61,495 nt of DNA from NCBI GenBank assembly GCA_039030255.1, contig JBCCEO010000001.1:1-61495 (forward strand). The letters are read 5' to 3'. The notes beneath the pieces were generated by a model, which had not been told where the DNA came from, ran no database searches, and saw only the letters and a list, made by a program, of their open reading frames with translations. Shown in pieces: positions 28,905 to 39,397 of this stretch (its first letter is position 1; each line of letters opens with the position of its first letter). The stretch comes from Planctomycetota bacterium. Its GTDB lineage: Bacteria; Planctomycetota; Planctomycetia; Pirellulales; Pirellulaceae. The translations under genes and the position numbers were made by a program.

Positions 28905-29150
28905 ATGTGGCCCTACATCTGGATTGGTTTCATGCTTGCTCTGGTCATCTCGATGATTGTTGCGGGGGTGCGCGAGGCTGGGGCACGAAAGAAGGCGATG
29001 GCCAACATGGAGCCTCAACCATTGGATATGGGGCAAGGTGCGGCACAACCTGCTCCTAGTGGACCTGTGGATGCCTTTGGAAACCCAGTGGATAGCTTCG
29101 GGACGGGTGGTGATGACTTCGGAGGTTTTGACGATAACGCGTTCAAATAA
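28905..29150 (+). CDS. Small single-TM protein with an acidic, Phe-Gly-rich tail
   Basis: ATG 28905 after AAGGA; MWPYIWIGFMLALVISMIVAGV TM; tail VDAFG-PVDSFG-DDFGGFDD; 81 aa. Confidence 0.75.
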   Translation: MWPYIWIGFMLALVISMIVAGVREAGARKKAMANMEPQPLDMGQGAAQPAPSGPVDAFGNPVDSFGTGGDDFGGFDDNAFK

Positions 29151-29306
29151 GCCGCGTTTTAAGTCGCCGCTATGGAATCCAAGCCGTCAAATGATCTAGG
29201 CTCGAGATTCTGAGTGAAAAAGGTCCTACCCGATTCTTGCAATCGATCCTATACTGGCCGAAATTTTGTACGGTTAGCGTGATCGATCTCTTGGGGAGTA
29301 CTGTTT

Positions 29307-30449
29307 TTGATGAAGGTGGCCAAACCCGCTCTGCTTGCTCTTGAAGACGGTTCTGTTTTTCGCGGCTACAGCATTGGTGCTGAAGGCGAAACGCTGGGTG
29401 AAGTTGTCTTTAATACTTCGATGACCGGTTACCAAGAAATCTTGACCGACCCGAGTTACTGCGGTCAGATAGTTACAATGACTTACACTGAGATTGGTAA
29501 CTATGGTACCAATCCCGAGGATACCGAAAGTGAGCATCCTCAAGTGGCTGGTTTTATTGTGCGGAACGATAGTCGCATTGCCAGCAACTTTAGGTCGGAA
29601 GAAGAATTCACGGCTTATCTTAAGAAGCACAATATCGTGGCCCTAGCCGGTATCGATACGCGGGCTTTGGTGCGTCATATTCGTAGCGAAGGTGCGATGA
29701 AGGGTGTGCTTTCGACCCAGGACTTGAACGACGATTCCTTGGTTCGGAAGGCTAAGGAAAGTCCTGGTTTGGTAGGCCGCGATTTAGTGCGCGAAGTCAT
29801 TCCTGAGAGAGCTCGCGAGTGGAACGTGCGTTTGTGGGAGCTCGAAGAAGAGCGACAGCGTGATCGTACCGAGACCGGCAAGCACATCGTTTGCTTGGAC
29901 TTCGGGATGAAATGGAATATCGCGCGCCATCTCTTCGAACTGGGCAACAAAGTTACTATTCTGCCTGGTACAGCGAGCGCCGAAGAAGTTCTCGAACTGA
30001 ATCCGGATGGAATCTTTCTGTCCAATGGACCTGGTGATCCCGAGCCGCTGGAATATGCGATTGAGACCATTCGGCAGTTGGTTGGGAAACGTCCTATCTT
30101 TGGAATTTGCTTGGGGCACCAATTGCTAAGTTTGGCGGCTGGAGCGAAGACATTTAAACTCAAGTTTGGCCATCGCGGGAGCAATCAACCGGTTCACAAC
30201 TTGGATTCAGGTCGTGTTGAAATCAGTTCGCAGAATCACGGGTTTGCCGTGGAAGAAGATACGCTACCAGATTGTTTAACGATTACGCATCGCAATTTGA
30301 ACGACAACACCATTGCTGGTGTGAGGCACAATTCGGCTCCGGCCTTTAGCGTCCAGTATCACCCTGAGGCATCTGCGGGGCCGCACGACAGTCGATACCT
30401 GTTCGAGCAATTTCAGGCCTTGATCGAGTCGAGTCTCCAGACGGCTTAG
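29307..30449 (+). CDS. carA: Carbamoyl-phosphate synthase small subunit
   Basis: LALEDG, GEVVFNTSMTGYQEILTDPSY, LSNGPGDP, FGICLGHQ, SQNHGF, QYHPE. Confidence 0.97.
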   Translation: MMKVAKPALLALEDGSVFRGYSIGAEGETLGEVVFNTSMTGYQEILTDPSYCGQIVTMTYTEIGNYGTNPEDTESEHPQVAGFIVRNDSRIASNFRSEEEFTAYLKKHNIVALAGIDTRALVRHIRSEGAMKGVLSTQDLNDDSLVRKAKESPGLVGRDLVREVIPERAREWNVRLWELEEERQRDRTETGKHIVCLDFGMKWNIARHLFELGNKVTILPGTASAEEVLELNPDGIFLSNGPGDPEPLEYAIETIRQLVGKRPIFGICLGHQLLSLAAGAKTFKLKFGHRGSNQPVHNLDSGRVEISSQNHGFAVEEDTLPDCLTITHRNLNDNTIAGVRHNSAPAFSVQYHPEASAGPHDSRYLFEQFQALIESSLQTA

Positions 30450-30822
30450 AATTCGTACCAGCGCCCAGTAGCGCCAGGATAATCCTGATTTTTGCCCTAG
30501 TTTCATGTCTAATCCGCGCAACCGTCTTCCGGTTGTCACGGTAGCATGCGAATTTGGCGATGGATTTCCCTGTTCTAGCCGGCAATGCCGCCCTTGACCA
30601 AGAATTGTTGGTCCTTTGTCCACAACTGTGCCTCGACTAGCTCAAAGGCTGTTATTCGGCGGACCGTCGATCCAATTCTGCGAATTTCAGTTTTTTCTGT
30701 CCGCCAACTGATTCTTTTTTGCAATGCCTTACTTGGGTAAGCTCTAGGTGCATTTTGGCTTGGGAAAGAATGCTCCTGGATTGCCTTCTAATAGCCTTCA
30801 GAATTTCGTTTGAAAGGATGAC

Positions 30823-33800
30823 TTGATGTCCTGGGAAGATGCCTTTGCTCCTGTCGATGAAGAAGCGCGAAAGCGATTTGAGCAAGATGTTGCCAGCGGT
30901 TCCGAGGTTCGGATAAGTGAGTATCTGCCCGAGCGCGGAAGTAAGTTGTATGCAGGAACGCTCGAAGAACTGGTGATGATCGAAATGGGGCATCGCTGGG
31001 CCACCGCGGGCGATTCTGGCCAGCAGCCACCGCTGATCGAAAGCTATTTGACCGAGTATCCCGATCTCAAGGAGTCGGAATCCATTGGAAGATTGCTTGA
31101 GGAGGAACTTCAAGTCCGACTGCGTTACGATTCGATGCCGCCGCTGGAGGAATACGAGCAACGCTTTCCAGAAATTGACTTGAGCGATACCTTCCGCAAG
31201 TTGGCCTTGGATACCTTGGCCGAAGAAACGGACCAAGATGAATCTGAGACTCAGGAGTTTCATCCAGAGAATCGCTACTCAAGAGTTGAAAAGCATGCAT
31301 CGGGTGGGATGGGGATCGTGTACCGCGCCATCGACGAGCAGATTGGTCGCGAAGTCGCCTTAAAGCATTTGCGGTTTAATGCGTCCGAGGATCATGAATC
31401 CTACACGCGTTTTGTCAACGAAGCTAAGTTGGCAGGTGCTTTGGAGCATCCGGGAATTGTCCCCGTCTACGAGCTTGGGCAAAGTGAAGACGGCTCTCCC
31501 TTTTACGCGATGAAGCTCGTTGAGGGTGGAACGTTGGAAGACTTGATTCATGAGGTACATCAGTCCGATCCAGATACGCGTTTGCGGGAACTATTAAGCG
31601 TCCTAGTCTCAGTTGCAAACACAATTGCTTTTGCGCATGATCGCGGTGTCATTCACCGCGACATCAAGCCTGCCAACATCGTGGTCGGTAAGTTTGGCGA
31701 AACGGTTATTCTTGATTGGGGTCTCGCCAAGCAGGTCAATTCTCGTGAGTTGGCCCGGGGAACCGAGCAGCCCGACTCGCAGTCGAAAGACTCACAGCCG
31801 GATATGCAGCTCACACAAATCGGTACGATTCTGGGTACTCCAGCTTATATGGCGCCAGAGCAGGCCGAGGGGAAAACGGAAAAGATTGACCATAGGGCGG
31901 ACATCTATGCTTTGGGCGCCGTGCTTTTTCAAATGCTGGCAGGGCGACCTTCGATTGAGACTCAAGCCGAGTTCGATCGGCTGCGATTCGGGAAAAGGCT
32001 CAAGCCTCCTTCAATCCATCGCAAGGTTCCGCGTGCGTTGGAAGCCATCTGTCTGCGAGCTATGCAACTTGATCCTACATCGCGTTACGATTCGGCAATT
32101 GAATTCGCCAAAGACGTGGATCGCTACTTGGCCGATGAACCTGTCAGCACATACAAAGATCCATTTACAACGCGATTAGGAAGATGGGCGCGTAAACACA
32201 AGAGCCTTGTTGCCACAAGCATCGCCATGATGATCGCCATCGCGGTTGCTTCGGTGGCAATCGCATTTGAGCGACAAGCGAGAGAGGAGGAGCGCAAGCG
32301 CAAGATTGCAACGACGCAGGCCGTGATGGACAGCAATGTCGAAGCGGCCGAGAACGAGATTCGTGAAGGCAGGTTTGAAAATGGCTTGTTGTATTTGAGC
32401 AAGGCCATCGAAATTGTCGAGAAAGATGCTTCCTTCTCCGAACCGCTGCAAGAGCTCCGCATGAAGTACGATGCTGCGGAACGCTTAAAGCGTTTTCAAG
32501 AACTTTGCGACCGCGCGGAAGTCTTGGCCTGGGATGAGCAGGACGATGACATGATTGTGTTGCTCCAAAATGCACTCCACATGCTGAACGTTTTCGAGCA
32601 TCGCGATTGGTGGAATCATCTCACCGGTTTTGAGCTAAAGCCGGAGATCGAGGACCAATTGCGTAATAGGGTTTATCGTGAACTTTGTATGCTAGTTGGG
32701 ATTCAGCTCAAAAAAGTCGCCGTTGAGATTGGTAGTGCTGACGTCTTGATGGCTGGTGGCAACGAGCGATCGAATCGCGAGTTTGAACGTGCCCTGGTAC
32801 CTATGAACGCGGCCAAGAGATTTCGCCCTGGAATAGGCCTCGATTTTGCCACAACATTTTATGAGCAACAGAAGGCACCTGGATTTATCAATAATGGCCG
32901 ACTCGTAGCGGCAACTCTGGAGATCTTGAACTATGAAACGTTCTTGAATCCTACGGACAGATTCTTTGTGGGGCTTTGTCTTGTCTTTTATGTAGATACG
33001 TTGTCTTGGGGTGGAGAAGAGGAACATTCGATCGTTTCTCTCACTTCCAATTCACTGAAAATGATGGAAGGCGTTTTAGGTTTAGAAAGCGCTCAAGATG
33101 CAGCCCTCGGGCACTTGAGATCTGCTTCGGTTGCCGAGCCATTTCACTTTTGGACTTTATTCACCCACGCATGGGCCGCGGAACACAAAGGCCTCTATAA
33201 CGAGGCCATTGCGATCTATACCGGATGTTTAGCGCAGAAACCTAGCGAATCACGATCGTATTTGAATCGGTCTCATGACTATATGAAACTCGCAGAGTTC
33301 ACTGAAGGCGGTGAGCGTAGCCGGAATCGCCGGCAGGCAATGCAGGACATCCAACGGGGTATCCATCTCTCGCCAGGATTCATCGATTTGTATCGTTGGC
33401 GCTGGGATTATGAGTTCTCTTATGAAGGATCAGGGACTCCACTGAGCGGTGCACTGGCCTGCCTTGATGCCATGAAGCATGAAGCGCCTTCCGGCGATCT
33501 TGAACACAACGCGTTTTTGCGTGGCTTTCGAGCGAATTACGTCAGTAACTATGTTTATCGAACCAATCAGTTTATCGAAGCACAACCCGAGCTGCAGGAA
33601 GTTTGGCTCGCCAGCGCTTTCGCGTATCTGCTGCAGGGCGATCTTGAAAAGGCCAAGGCAAGTCTTAAGGAGGCTCAGAAGCGTCTGGCGTTCGAGTCCA
33701 TCGATGATCACCTAATCCAAGGGCAAATTGCATTGATGGAAGAAGATTGGTCCGCCGCGCGAAGGAGTTTCACGCAGGCATTGGAGCTTGAAGAGTCCGA

Positions 33801-34626
33801 ATATCTGGCTCACCGCGGTCTGGCGATTGTAACTGAGAATACGAAGTCTTCAGGGGAGGCTTTGGAAGCCTTTTTGGCGCTTCGGAAGCGCGCCTTGAAT
33901 GCTTGGCAGGAGGCAGAGTCTCTGATGCATATTTCCGATCATAGTGTCGCCATCGGTGCTCATGAGCAGGCCTTGGCGAGCGTGAAATCGATCATCGAAA
34001 TACGGCCTTCCGACAATTGTCGCTATTTGCTGGATCGCCTAGAGCAGCGTGGCGAAAAGGACTTTCTAATACGGGTCAATGAGATTCTTGCGGAAAGATA
34101 CATCCCACCGACACAGCCCTTGGCGCGCCCAGGCGAAGAGGCCGCGCTGATGAATGGCGGCTTTGAATTGTCGCTCGATCAATATTGGTTTCAAGGAGCA
34201 GAGCGAACGAGTGTTTGGGTCAATCAAGGCGGTTGCCAAGCTACTGCCAGATCGACTTTGGACTTCAAGCATGCAGGCAAATACTCGCTTCGCATTCAAA
34301 ACGTTGCGTCTCCCCAGCCAGATCGACGGGGAAGTATGCAACAATCGTTCCCGACCGATGCCGGAAAAATTTATAAAATCAAGCTCTGGGCCCGTACTCG
34401 AAATGCAAAAGACAATACGCCTTCGGTGCATATTGGAAGTGGGAAAGATAAAGCGACGCAACGCATTCTTGCCATTCCAGCAGGTACTCTCGATTGGACC
34501 GAGTACGAAGGCGAGTTTGAAGCAGATTCCAATTTAAGCGTCCTTAAAATTGTTTCGGAGGACCAAGGCACGGTTTGGCTCGATGAGCTAAGGGTCGTAC
34601 TTCAAGTCGACGCGGGAAAGAACTAG
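30823..34626 (+). CDS. Hanks-type Ser/Thr kinase with TM, TPR repeats and a C-terminal CBM4/9-like domain
   Basis: GGMGIVY, VALK, HPGIVPVY, HRDIKPAN, DWGLAK, GTPAYMAPEQ; TM after RKHK; TPR-like helices; LMNGGFE...HAGKYSL...VWLDEL jelly-roll. Confidence 0.92.
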   Translation: MMSWEDAFAPVDEEARKRFEQDVASGSEVRISEYLPERGSKLYAGTLEELVMIEMGHRWATAGDSGQQPPLIESYLTEYPDLKESESIGRLLEEELQVRLRYDSMPPLEEYEQRFPEIDLSDTFRKLALDTLAEETDQDESETQEFHPENRYSRVEKHASGGMGIVYRAIDEQIGREVALKHLRFNASEDHESYTRFVNEAKLAGALEHPGIVPVYELGQSEDGSPFYAMKLVEGGTLEDLIHEVHQSDPDTRLRELLSVLVSVANTIAFAHDRGVIHRDIKPANIVVGKFGETVILDWGLAKQVNSRELARGTEQPDSQSKDSQPDMQLTQIGTILGTPAYMAPEQAEGKTEKIDHRADIYALGAVLFQMLAGRPSIETQAEFDRLRFGKRLKPPSIHRKVPRALEAICLRAMQLDPTSRYDSAIEFAKDVDRYLADEPVSTYKDPFTTRLGRWARKHKSLVATSIAMMIAIAVASVAIAFERQAREEERKRKIATTQAVMDSNVEAAENEIREGRFENGLLYLSKAIEIVEKDASFSEPLQELRMKYDAAERLKRFQELCDRAEVLAWDEQDDDMIVLLQNALHMLNVFEHRDWWNHLTGFELKPEIEDQLRNRVYRELCMLVGIQLKKVAVEIGSADVLMAGGNERSNREFERALVPMNAAKRFRPGIGLDFATTFYEQQKAPGFINNGRLVAATLEILNYETFLNPTDRFFVGLCLVFYVDTLSWGGEEEHSIVSLTSNSLKMMEGVLGLESAQDAALGHLRSASVAEPFHFWTLFTHAWAAEHKGLYNEAIAIYTGCLAQKPSESRSYLNRSHDYMKLAEFTEGGERSRNRRQAMQDIQRGIHLSPGFIDLYRWRWDYEFSYEGSGTPLSGALACLDAMKHEAPSGDLEHNAFLRGFRANYVSNYVYRTNQFIEAQPELQEVWLASAFAYLLQGDLEKAKASLKEAQKRLAFESIDDHLIQGQIALMEEDWSAARRSFTQALELEESEYLAHRGLAIVTENTKSSGEALEAFLALRKRALNAWQEAESLMHISDHSVAIGAHEQALASVKSIIEIRPSDNCRYLLDRLEQRGEKDFLIRVNEILAERYIPPTQPLARPGEEAALMNGGFELSLDQYWFQGAERTSVWVNQGGCQATARSTLDFKHAGKYSLRIQNVASPQPDRRGSMQQSFPTDAGKIYKIKLWARTRNAKDNTPSVHIGSGKDKATQRILAIPAGTLDWTEYEGEFEADSNLSVLKIVSEDQGTVWLDELRVVLQVDAGKN

Positions 34627-34756
34627 AATTGGAGAAGATTTTTTTCTTGGTTGCGTTGTTGGAAAAAGCATGATGCCCTTTTCGCGTGCGATGGTGACTC
34701 CCACATTGCATTTCGCAGGGACGTTCGGACGCTTCGAAAAGGGACGCGGTGATTGG

Positions 34757-35341
34757 ATGGACGATAGCCAGTGGCTAGAGTTGGTACATGGTGTGCGTGA
34801 CGGTGATTCGCGCTCTTGCCATGATTTCTGGAATCGCTTTGGGCCAATGATCGAACGAGTTGCAAAGCACAGGTTGTCTCCTGCGATGCAGCGTCGCGTC
34901 GGTCCCGAGAGCATATCTTTGTCCGTCTGTCGAAGCTTTTTTCGACGCGCTCAGGAAGGCAAGTTTGAGCTGGAGGACGAGGATGCGGTGTGGCGCCTGC
35001 TCTGTGCAATCACGGTCAACAAAACGCGTATGAAGGCCCGTTTTCATTTGAATCAGAAAAGAGGTCTTCAGGTAGAGTCTCGTCCAGAGAACTTTGAATC
35101 CCAATTTCCAGACTCTCAGCCTGATCCGGCTGACGAGGTGGAATTTAGCGATCAATTGGAGGTGCTGATGCAGAGTTTCAATCGAGAGGAAGCCTCGGTA
35201 CTTGAAATGAAACTACAACGCTATACCCATGAAGAAATTGCAAAGAAATTAGATGTCTCGGAGCGGACGGTTCGCCGAATGAACAAACGCATCCAGGCCC
35301 GCTTGTCGTTCTTGCTCAATGAAAATCCCGGTTCGCACTGA
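34757..35341 (+). CDS. ECF-family RNA polymerase sigma factor
   Basis: VRDGD..SCHDFW.RF, SVCRSFF, WRLLCAITVNK, region 4 HEEIAKKLDVSERTVRR; ATG 34757 preferred. Confidence 0.9.
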   Translation: MDDSQWLELVHGVRDGDSRSCHDFWNRFGPMIERVAKHRLSPAMQRRVGPESISLSVCRSFFRRAQEGKFELEDEDAVWRLLCAITVNKTRMKARFHLNQKRGLQVESRPENFESQFPDSQPDPADEVEFSDQLEVLMQSFNREEASVLEMKLQRYTHEEIAKKLDVSERTVRRMNKRIQARLSFLLNENPGSH

Positions 35342-35387
35342 TTCGTATCCTATCGAATCTCAATTCCACCACACATTGGTCATTCAT

Positions 35388-37031
35388 ATGGTCTCTGAAT
35401 CTATTGGCTACAAGAAAACGCTTGAGGGGCCGAAGTCGCCGCGCTATCTGATCGATTTTCAGCCCAAACACGTGCCGCATTATTTTACAGATATGCTCGT
35501 CATTGGAGGTGGTTTGGCCGGACTACGCGTGGCGAACGCGGCGGGCGAAGCGCACGCAATTGTAGTTACCAAGGATGAGATTCGTGAGAGCAACAGTAAT
35601 TACGCCCAGGGTGGGATTGCAAGCGTTTGGGATCCAGAAGACTGTTTTGAAGACCATGTCGAAGACACCATGAAAGTGGGCGGTGACCTTTGCCATAGTT
35701 CGGTTGTGGACATGGTTGTTCGCGAGGCGCCGCAACGCGTGGAAGAACTGATGAAATGGGGCGCTCAGTTCGACGAACGCGAAGGCGAGCTTATCCTGGG
35801 CCGCGAAGGAGGTCACTCGCACGAACGAATTATTCACGCACTGGGCGATGCGACAGGAAAGGAAGTGATGCGCGCGGTGATTGCGCGGACGCGCAGGCAA
35901 CCCAATGTGCAGATTTGGGAACGAGCGTTTACCATCGATCTGCTCTCCGATCAGGAGCGTTGTTATGGGGCGATCATTTCGCGCGACGGCGAACCTCCTG
36001 TTTTGGTGTGGGCCAAGCAAACCGTTCTGTGCACGGGCGGATGTGGTCAGGTCTATCGAGAGACGACGAATCCCCGCGTCGCCACGGGAGATGGTCATGC
36101 CATTGCCTTTCGAGCAGGCGCACGCTTGCGAGATATGGAGTTTATGCAATTCCATCCTACGGTTCTCTATATTGCGGGCAGTTCACGAACGCTGGTTACG
36201 GAGGCGATTCGCGGCGCGGGCGCGCGGCTGGTCGACTGCAATGACCGTCGTTTTATGGAAGACTACGATAGCAGGATTGAATTGGCGCCTCGCGATGTAG
36301 TGAGCCAATCGATCGTCAAGCAAATGGAGAAAACCAAGCATCACTGCGTGTACTTGTCGCTAAAACACATGGACGCGAAGAAGATCTACGAAGGCTTCCC
36401 AGGCTTCACTGCGGCTTGCGCTAAGTTTGGTTTGGATCCCGCCTCTGATCCAATTCCAGTTCGTCCCGGAGCACACTACATGATTGGTGGTGTTGAAGTC
36501 GATCTCGACGGCAGAACGACGTTGCCAGGCTTATGGGCGGCAGGAGAGGTTACGAGTTCTGGTTTGCACGGTGCGAATCGGTTGGCCTCAAACAGTCTGC
36601 TGGAGGGACTAGTGTTTGGCGCGAGAACGGGTGAATTGGCTGCCGCCGAGGCTTTGGCGACTGAAAATGACTACCGCGCGTTGCCTTTTGAGCATCATCG
36701 AACACAAAGTTTGGATGAGGAGCTGGACGTGGGTGATATTCGCAATGCGATGCAAAGCCTGATGTGGCGTTTAGTGGGGGTCGCGCGAGGCGGCGAGCGA
36801 CTTGGAGAGGCTCTGAGCGATATTCGCGGCTATGCCAAGTATGTATTGCCGCACCGATTCAGCACTTCTGAAGGTTGGGAACTGCAGAACCTTTTGACCG
36901 TCTCGCATTTGATGGCCGCCGGTGCTCTGGAACGTGAAGAGTCGCGGGGCGTGCATATGCGAACAGATTTCCCAGGAACCGACAATTCAAATTGGCGGCA
37001 GCACTTGGCCTATCAATTTCAGCCTGCCTAA
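35388..37031 (+). CDS. nadB: L-aspartate oxidase
   Basis: IGGGLAG, SNSNYAQGGIA, REGGHSHERI, EFMQFHPT, ELAPRDVV, HYMIGG, GLHGANRLASNSLLEG, ESRG.H. Confidence 0.95.
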   Translation: MVSESIGYKKTLEGPKSPRYLIDFQPKHVPHYFTDMLVIGGGLAGLRVANAAGEAHAIVVTKDEIRESNSNYAQGGIASVWDPEDCFEDHVEDTMKVGGDLCHSSVVDMVVREAPQRVEELMKWGAQFDEREGELILGREGGHSHERIIHALGDATGKEVMRAVIARTRRQPNVQIWERAFTIDLLSDQERCYGAIISRDGEPPVLVWAKQTVLCTGGCGQVYRETTNPRVATGDGHAIAFRAGARLRDMEFMQFHPTVLYIAGSSRTLVTEAIRGAGARLVDCNDRRFMEDYDSRIELAPRDVVSQSIVKQMEKTKHHCVYLSLKHMDAKKIYEGFPGFTAACAKFGLDPASDPIPVRPGAHYMIGGVEVDLDGRTTLPGLWAAGEVTSSGLHGANRLASNSLLEGLVFGARTGELAAAEALATENDYRALPFEHHRTQSLDEELDVGDIRNAMQSLMWRLVGVARGGERLGEALSDIRGYAKYVLPHRFSTSEGWELQNLLTVSHLMAAGALEREESRGVHMRTDFPGTDNSNWRQHLAYQFQPA

Positions 37032-37247
37032 GCTCTATGTGCGGCATCCAGTAAGAGATCGAAGCAGACCTTGGGAATTCGTTGGATTCAGACCAATCTC
37101 AATTGCCAACTGTTATGGACTTCTGGGGCCTGAAATGCAAACATGGGGCCTCATTGACAGCAATTGTGATGAGTGCATCAGGCACGACCTTGGCGGCGTC
37201 CGGCCTCGAAACGGCAATCGTCTTTCTCCCCTTACCATCGAACGCCA

Positions 37248-38981
37248 GTGACCAGTCGGGATCTAATTCAATCTCAGTTGCAAACGCACCTTGCATTTCT
37301 GTATCCAGCGGAAGACCATGCTGGTTTGGTCGGGCAGATCATGGACGCGATTGGTGAGCCAGAGGCGCTAGAACCGCATCTAGAGCTAAACGATGAATCG
37401 CTCAACGAAGTCGATTGTCTGCTGATAACTTATGGTGATTCCATCGTGGGCGGCGAACAGCGACCGCTACAAAATCTGAAGTGGTTCTTGGATGGTCCTT
37501 GTCGGCAGCAGATCCCATGTGTTCATATCCTGCCTTTCTATCCTTTCAGTTCCGACGATGGCTTTTCCGTGATCGACTATGTCGCCGTCCGAGACGATCT
37601 TGGAACTTGGGACGATGTGGAGGAGATTGCGGAAGGGTACACCTTGATGGTGGATCTAGTTATCAACCATATTTCCTCGCAAAGTCGATGGTTCTACGAA
37701 TTCTGTCATGGCCAACGACCGGGATATTTCATCGAGGCCTCGATTGATGATGATTTGAGTCAAGTAGTCCGTCCACGAGTAACACCTCTACTGCGGCCGA
37801 CTGATACCACACTCGGCATGAAGCACGTTTGGTGCACATTTAGTCATGACCAAATCGACGTCAACTTTGCCAATCCGGAAGTGCTGATCGAGTATCTGAA
37901 GATTATCGCTTACTATCTTCAGCGTGGAGCGAGAATACTGCGGCTAGATGCGATTGGCTTTCTATGGAAGCGAACCGGCACGCCCTGTATCCATCTTCCC
38001 GAGACACATGAACTCGTGCGGCTATTCCGCAATGTTTGCGATTACTTGGCTCCGGGAACACAGCTTATCACCGAAACTAACGTCCCCAACCAAGAGAATT
38101 TGACGTATTTCGGGAATCGCAATGAGGCGCATGCGATTTACAACTTTAGCCTACCGCCACTATTGGTTCACGCATTGATCACCGGCGAATCTCGGCACTT
38201 GAAGCAGTGGATGATGAGCATGCCGCCCTCGCCTGAAGGCTGCTTCTACCTGAACTTCACCGCATCTCACGATGGAATAGGAATGCGGCCAGCAGAAGGG
38301 CTTTTGTCCAACCAAGAGCAGCTAGAGATGGTCGAGACCATGCGGAAGTTTGGCGGTCTTCTGTCGTCTCGTCAGACTCCCGACGGTACAGAACGAGTCT
38401 ACGAGATCAACATTGCGCTGTTCGATGCGCTCAAAGGTACGGTCGCTGGAGCGGATGAATTTCAACATCAAAGGTTTTTGTGCTCACAGACGGTCATGAT
38501 GGGTGTCGAGGGTATCCCAGCTTTTTATATCCATTCTCTGCTGGCAACTCCAAACGATTATGCGGGCGTTCGGACAACAGGGAGGAATCGCTCGATCAAT
38601 CGGCACCGTTGGGACATTGACGAGCTCAAGAGTGTTCTGGACGACGCCGACAGCGATCAGTCGCAAGTACTCAACGAGATGCTTCGCCGCATGGGAATTC
38701 GATCGCGCCAAGCGGCATTTCATCCGAACGCGACACAGTTTACACTTCAATTGAGCGAAGAATACTTCGCGTTCTGGCGGCAAAGTCGAGATCGATCGCA
38801 GAGTATTTTTGCGATCCACAATTTGACAAATAAGCCGCAGCCGCTTCGTCTCAGTGATCTCAATCTGATTTCCATTGATCGTTGGTGGGACCTGCTTTCA
38901 GATCAAGTCTTTGAAGATCTGTCTGCAGAAATCGAAGTCCTACCCTATCAGTGCTTGTGGGTTTCTAATCAAGATGGTTAA
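37248..38981 (+). CDS. GH13_18 sugar phosphorylase, probably glucosylglycerate phosphorylase
   Basis: LITYGDS, HILPFYPFSSDDGF, DLVINH, WCTFS.DQID, RLDAIGF, ITETNVP, ASHDGIG, YEINI; next to gpgS/gpgP; GTG start at 37248 likely. Confidence 0.85.
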   Translation: MTSRDLIQSQLQTHLAFLYPAEDHAGLVGQIMDAIGEPEALEPHLELNDESLNEVDCLLITYGDSIVGGEQRPLQNLKWFLDGPCRQQIPCVHILPFYPFSSDDGFSVIDYVAVRDDLGTWDDVEEIAEGYTLMVDLVINHISSQSRWFYEFCHGQRPGYFIEASIDDDLSQVVRPRVTPLLRPTDTTLGMKHVWCTFSHDQIDVNFANPEVLIEYLKIIAYYLQRGARILRLDAIGFLWKRTGTPCIHLPETHELVRLFRNVCDYLAPGTQLITETNVPNQENLTYFGNRNEAHAIYNFSLPPLLVHALITGESRHLKQWMMSMPPSPEGCFYLNFTASHDGIGMRPAEGLLSNQEQLEMVETMRKFGGLLSSRQTPDGTERVYEINIALFDALKGTVAGADEFQHQRFLCSQTVMMGVEGIPAFYIHSLLATPNDYAGVRTTGRNRSINRHRWDIDELKSVLDDADSDQSQVLNEMLRRMGIRSRQAAFHPNATQFTLQLSEEYFAFWRQSRDRSQSIFAIHNLTNKPQPLRLSDLNLISIDRWWDLLSDQVFEDLSAEIEVLPYQCLWVSNQDG

Positions 38982-39001
38982 GCATTCCATTTAAAGGTAC
39001 A

Positions 39002-39364
39002 GTGAGCAGGATGAGCAATCCAATCAAAATCAGTTACATTGAATTTCCCGGCGACGACCTCGCAGCCATTGAGGAGTTTTACACGAAGACTTTCGGCTGG
39101 ACCTTTACTCAGTATGGGCCCGAATACAGCTCCTTTGAGGACGGCCAATTGTCCGGCGGCTTTTACAAAACCGAAGCAAAGTCTTCGGCTGAATTGGGTG
39201 CTCCGCTCATTGTGTTATACAGTGAAGAGCTGGAGGCGAGTGAGGCAAGCGTCAAAGAAAATGGCGGAAGAATTTGCAAGGAAATATTCTCTTTTCCCGG
39301 CGGTCGACGCTTTCAATTCCTCGACCCACACGGCAATGAGTTAGCCATTTGGTCGGACAAGTAA
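39002..39364 (+). CDS. VOC/glyoxalase family protein
   Basis: ISYIEF, FY..TFGW, GGRI, FPGGRRFQFLDPHGNELAIWS. Confidence 0.9.
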   Translation: MSRMSNPIKISYIEFPGDDLAAIEEFYTKTFGWTFTQYGPEYSSFEDGQLSGGFYKTEAKSSAELGAPLIVLYSEELEASEASVKENGGRICKEIFSFPGGRRFQFLDPHGNELAIWSDK

Positions 39365-39397
39365 TCTCCCGCAGCGATCCTTTGTCGGGTAGCGAGC

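Noticed and set aside
29151-29306. PyrR attenuator or riboswitch upstream of carA (also looked upstream of nadB and trpS)
   Set aside because: No recognisable conserved motif or terminator/antiterminator pair by eye; an Infernal/Rfam scan would settle it.
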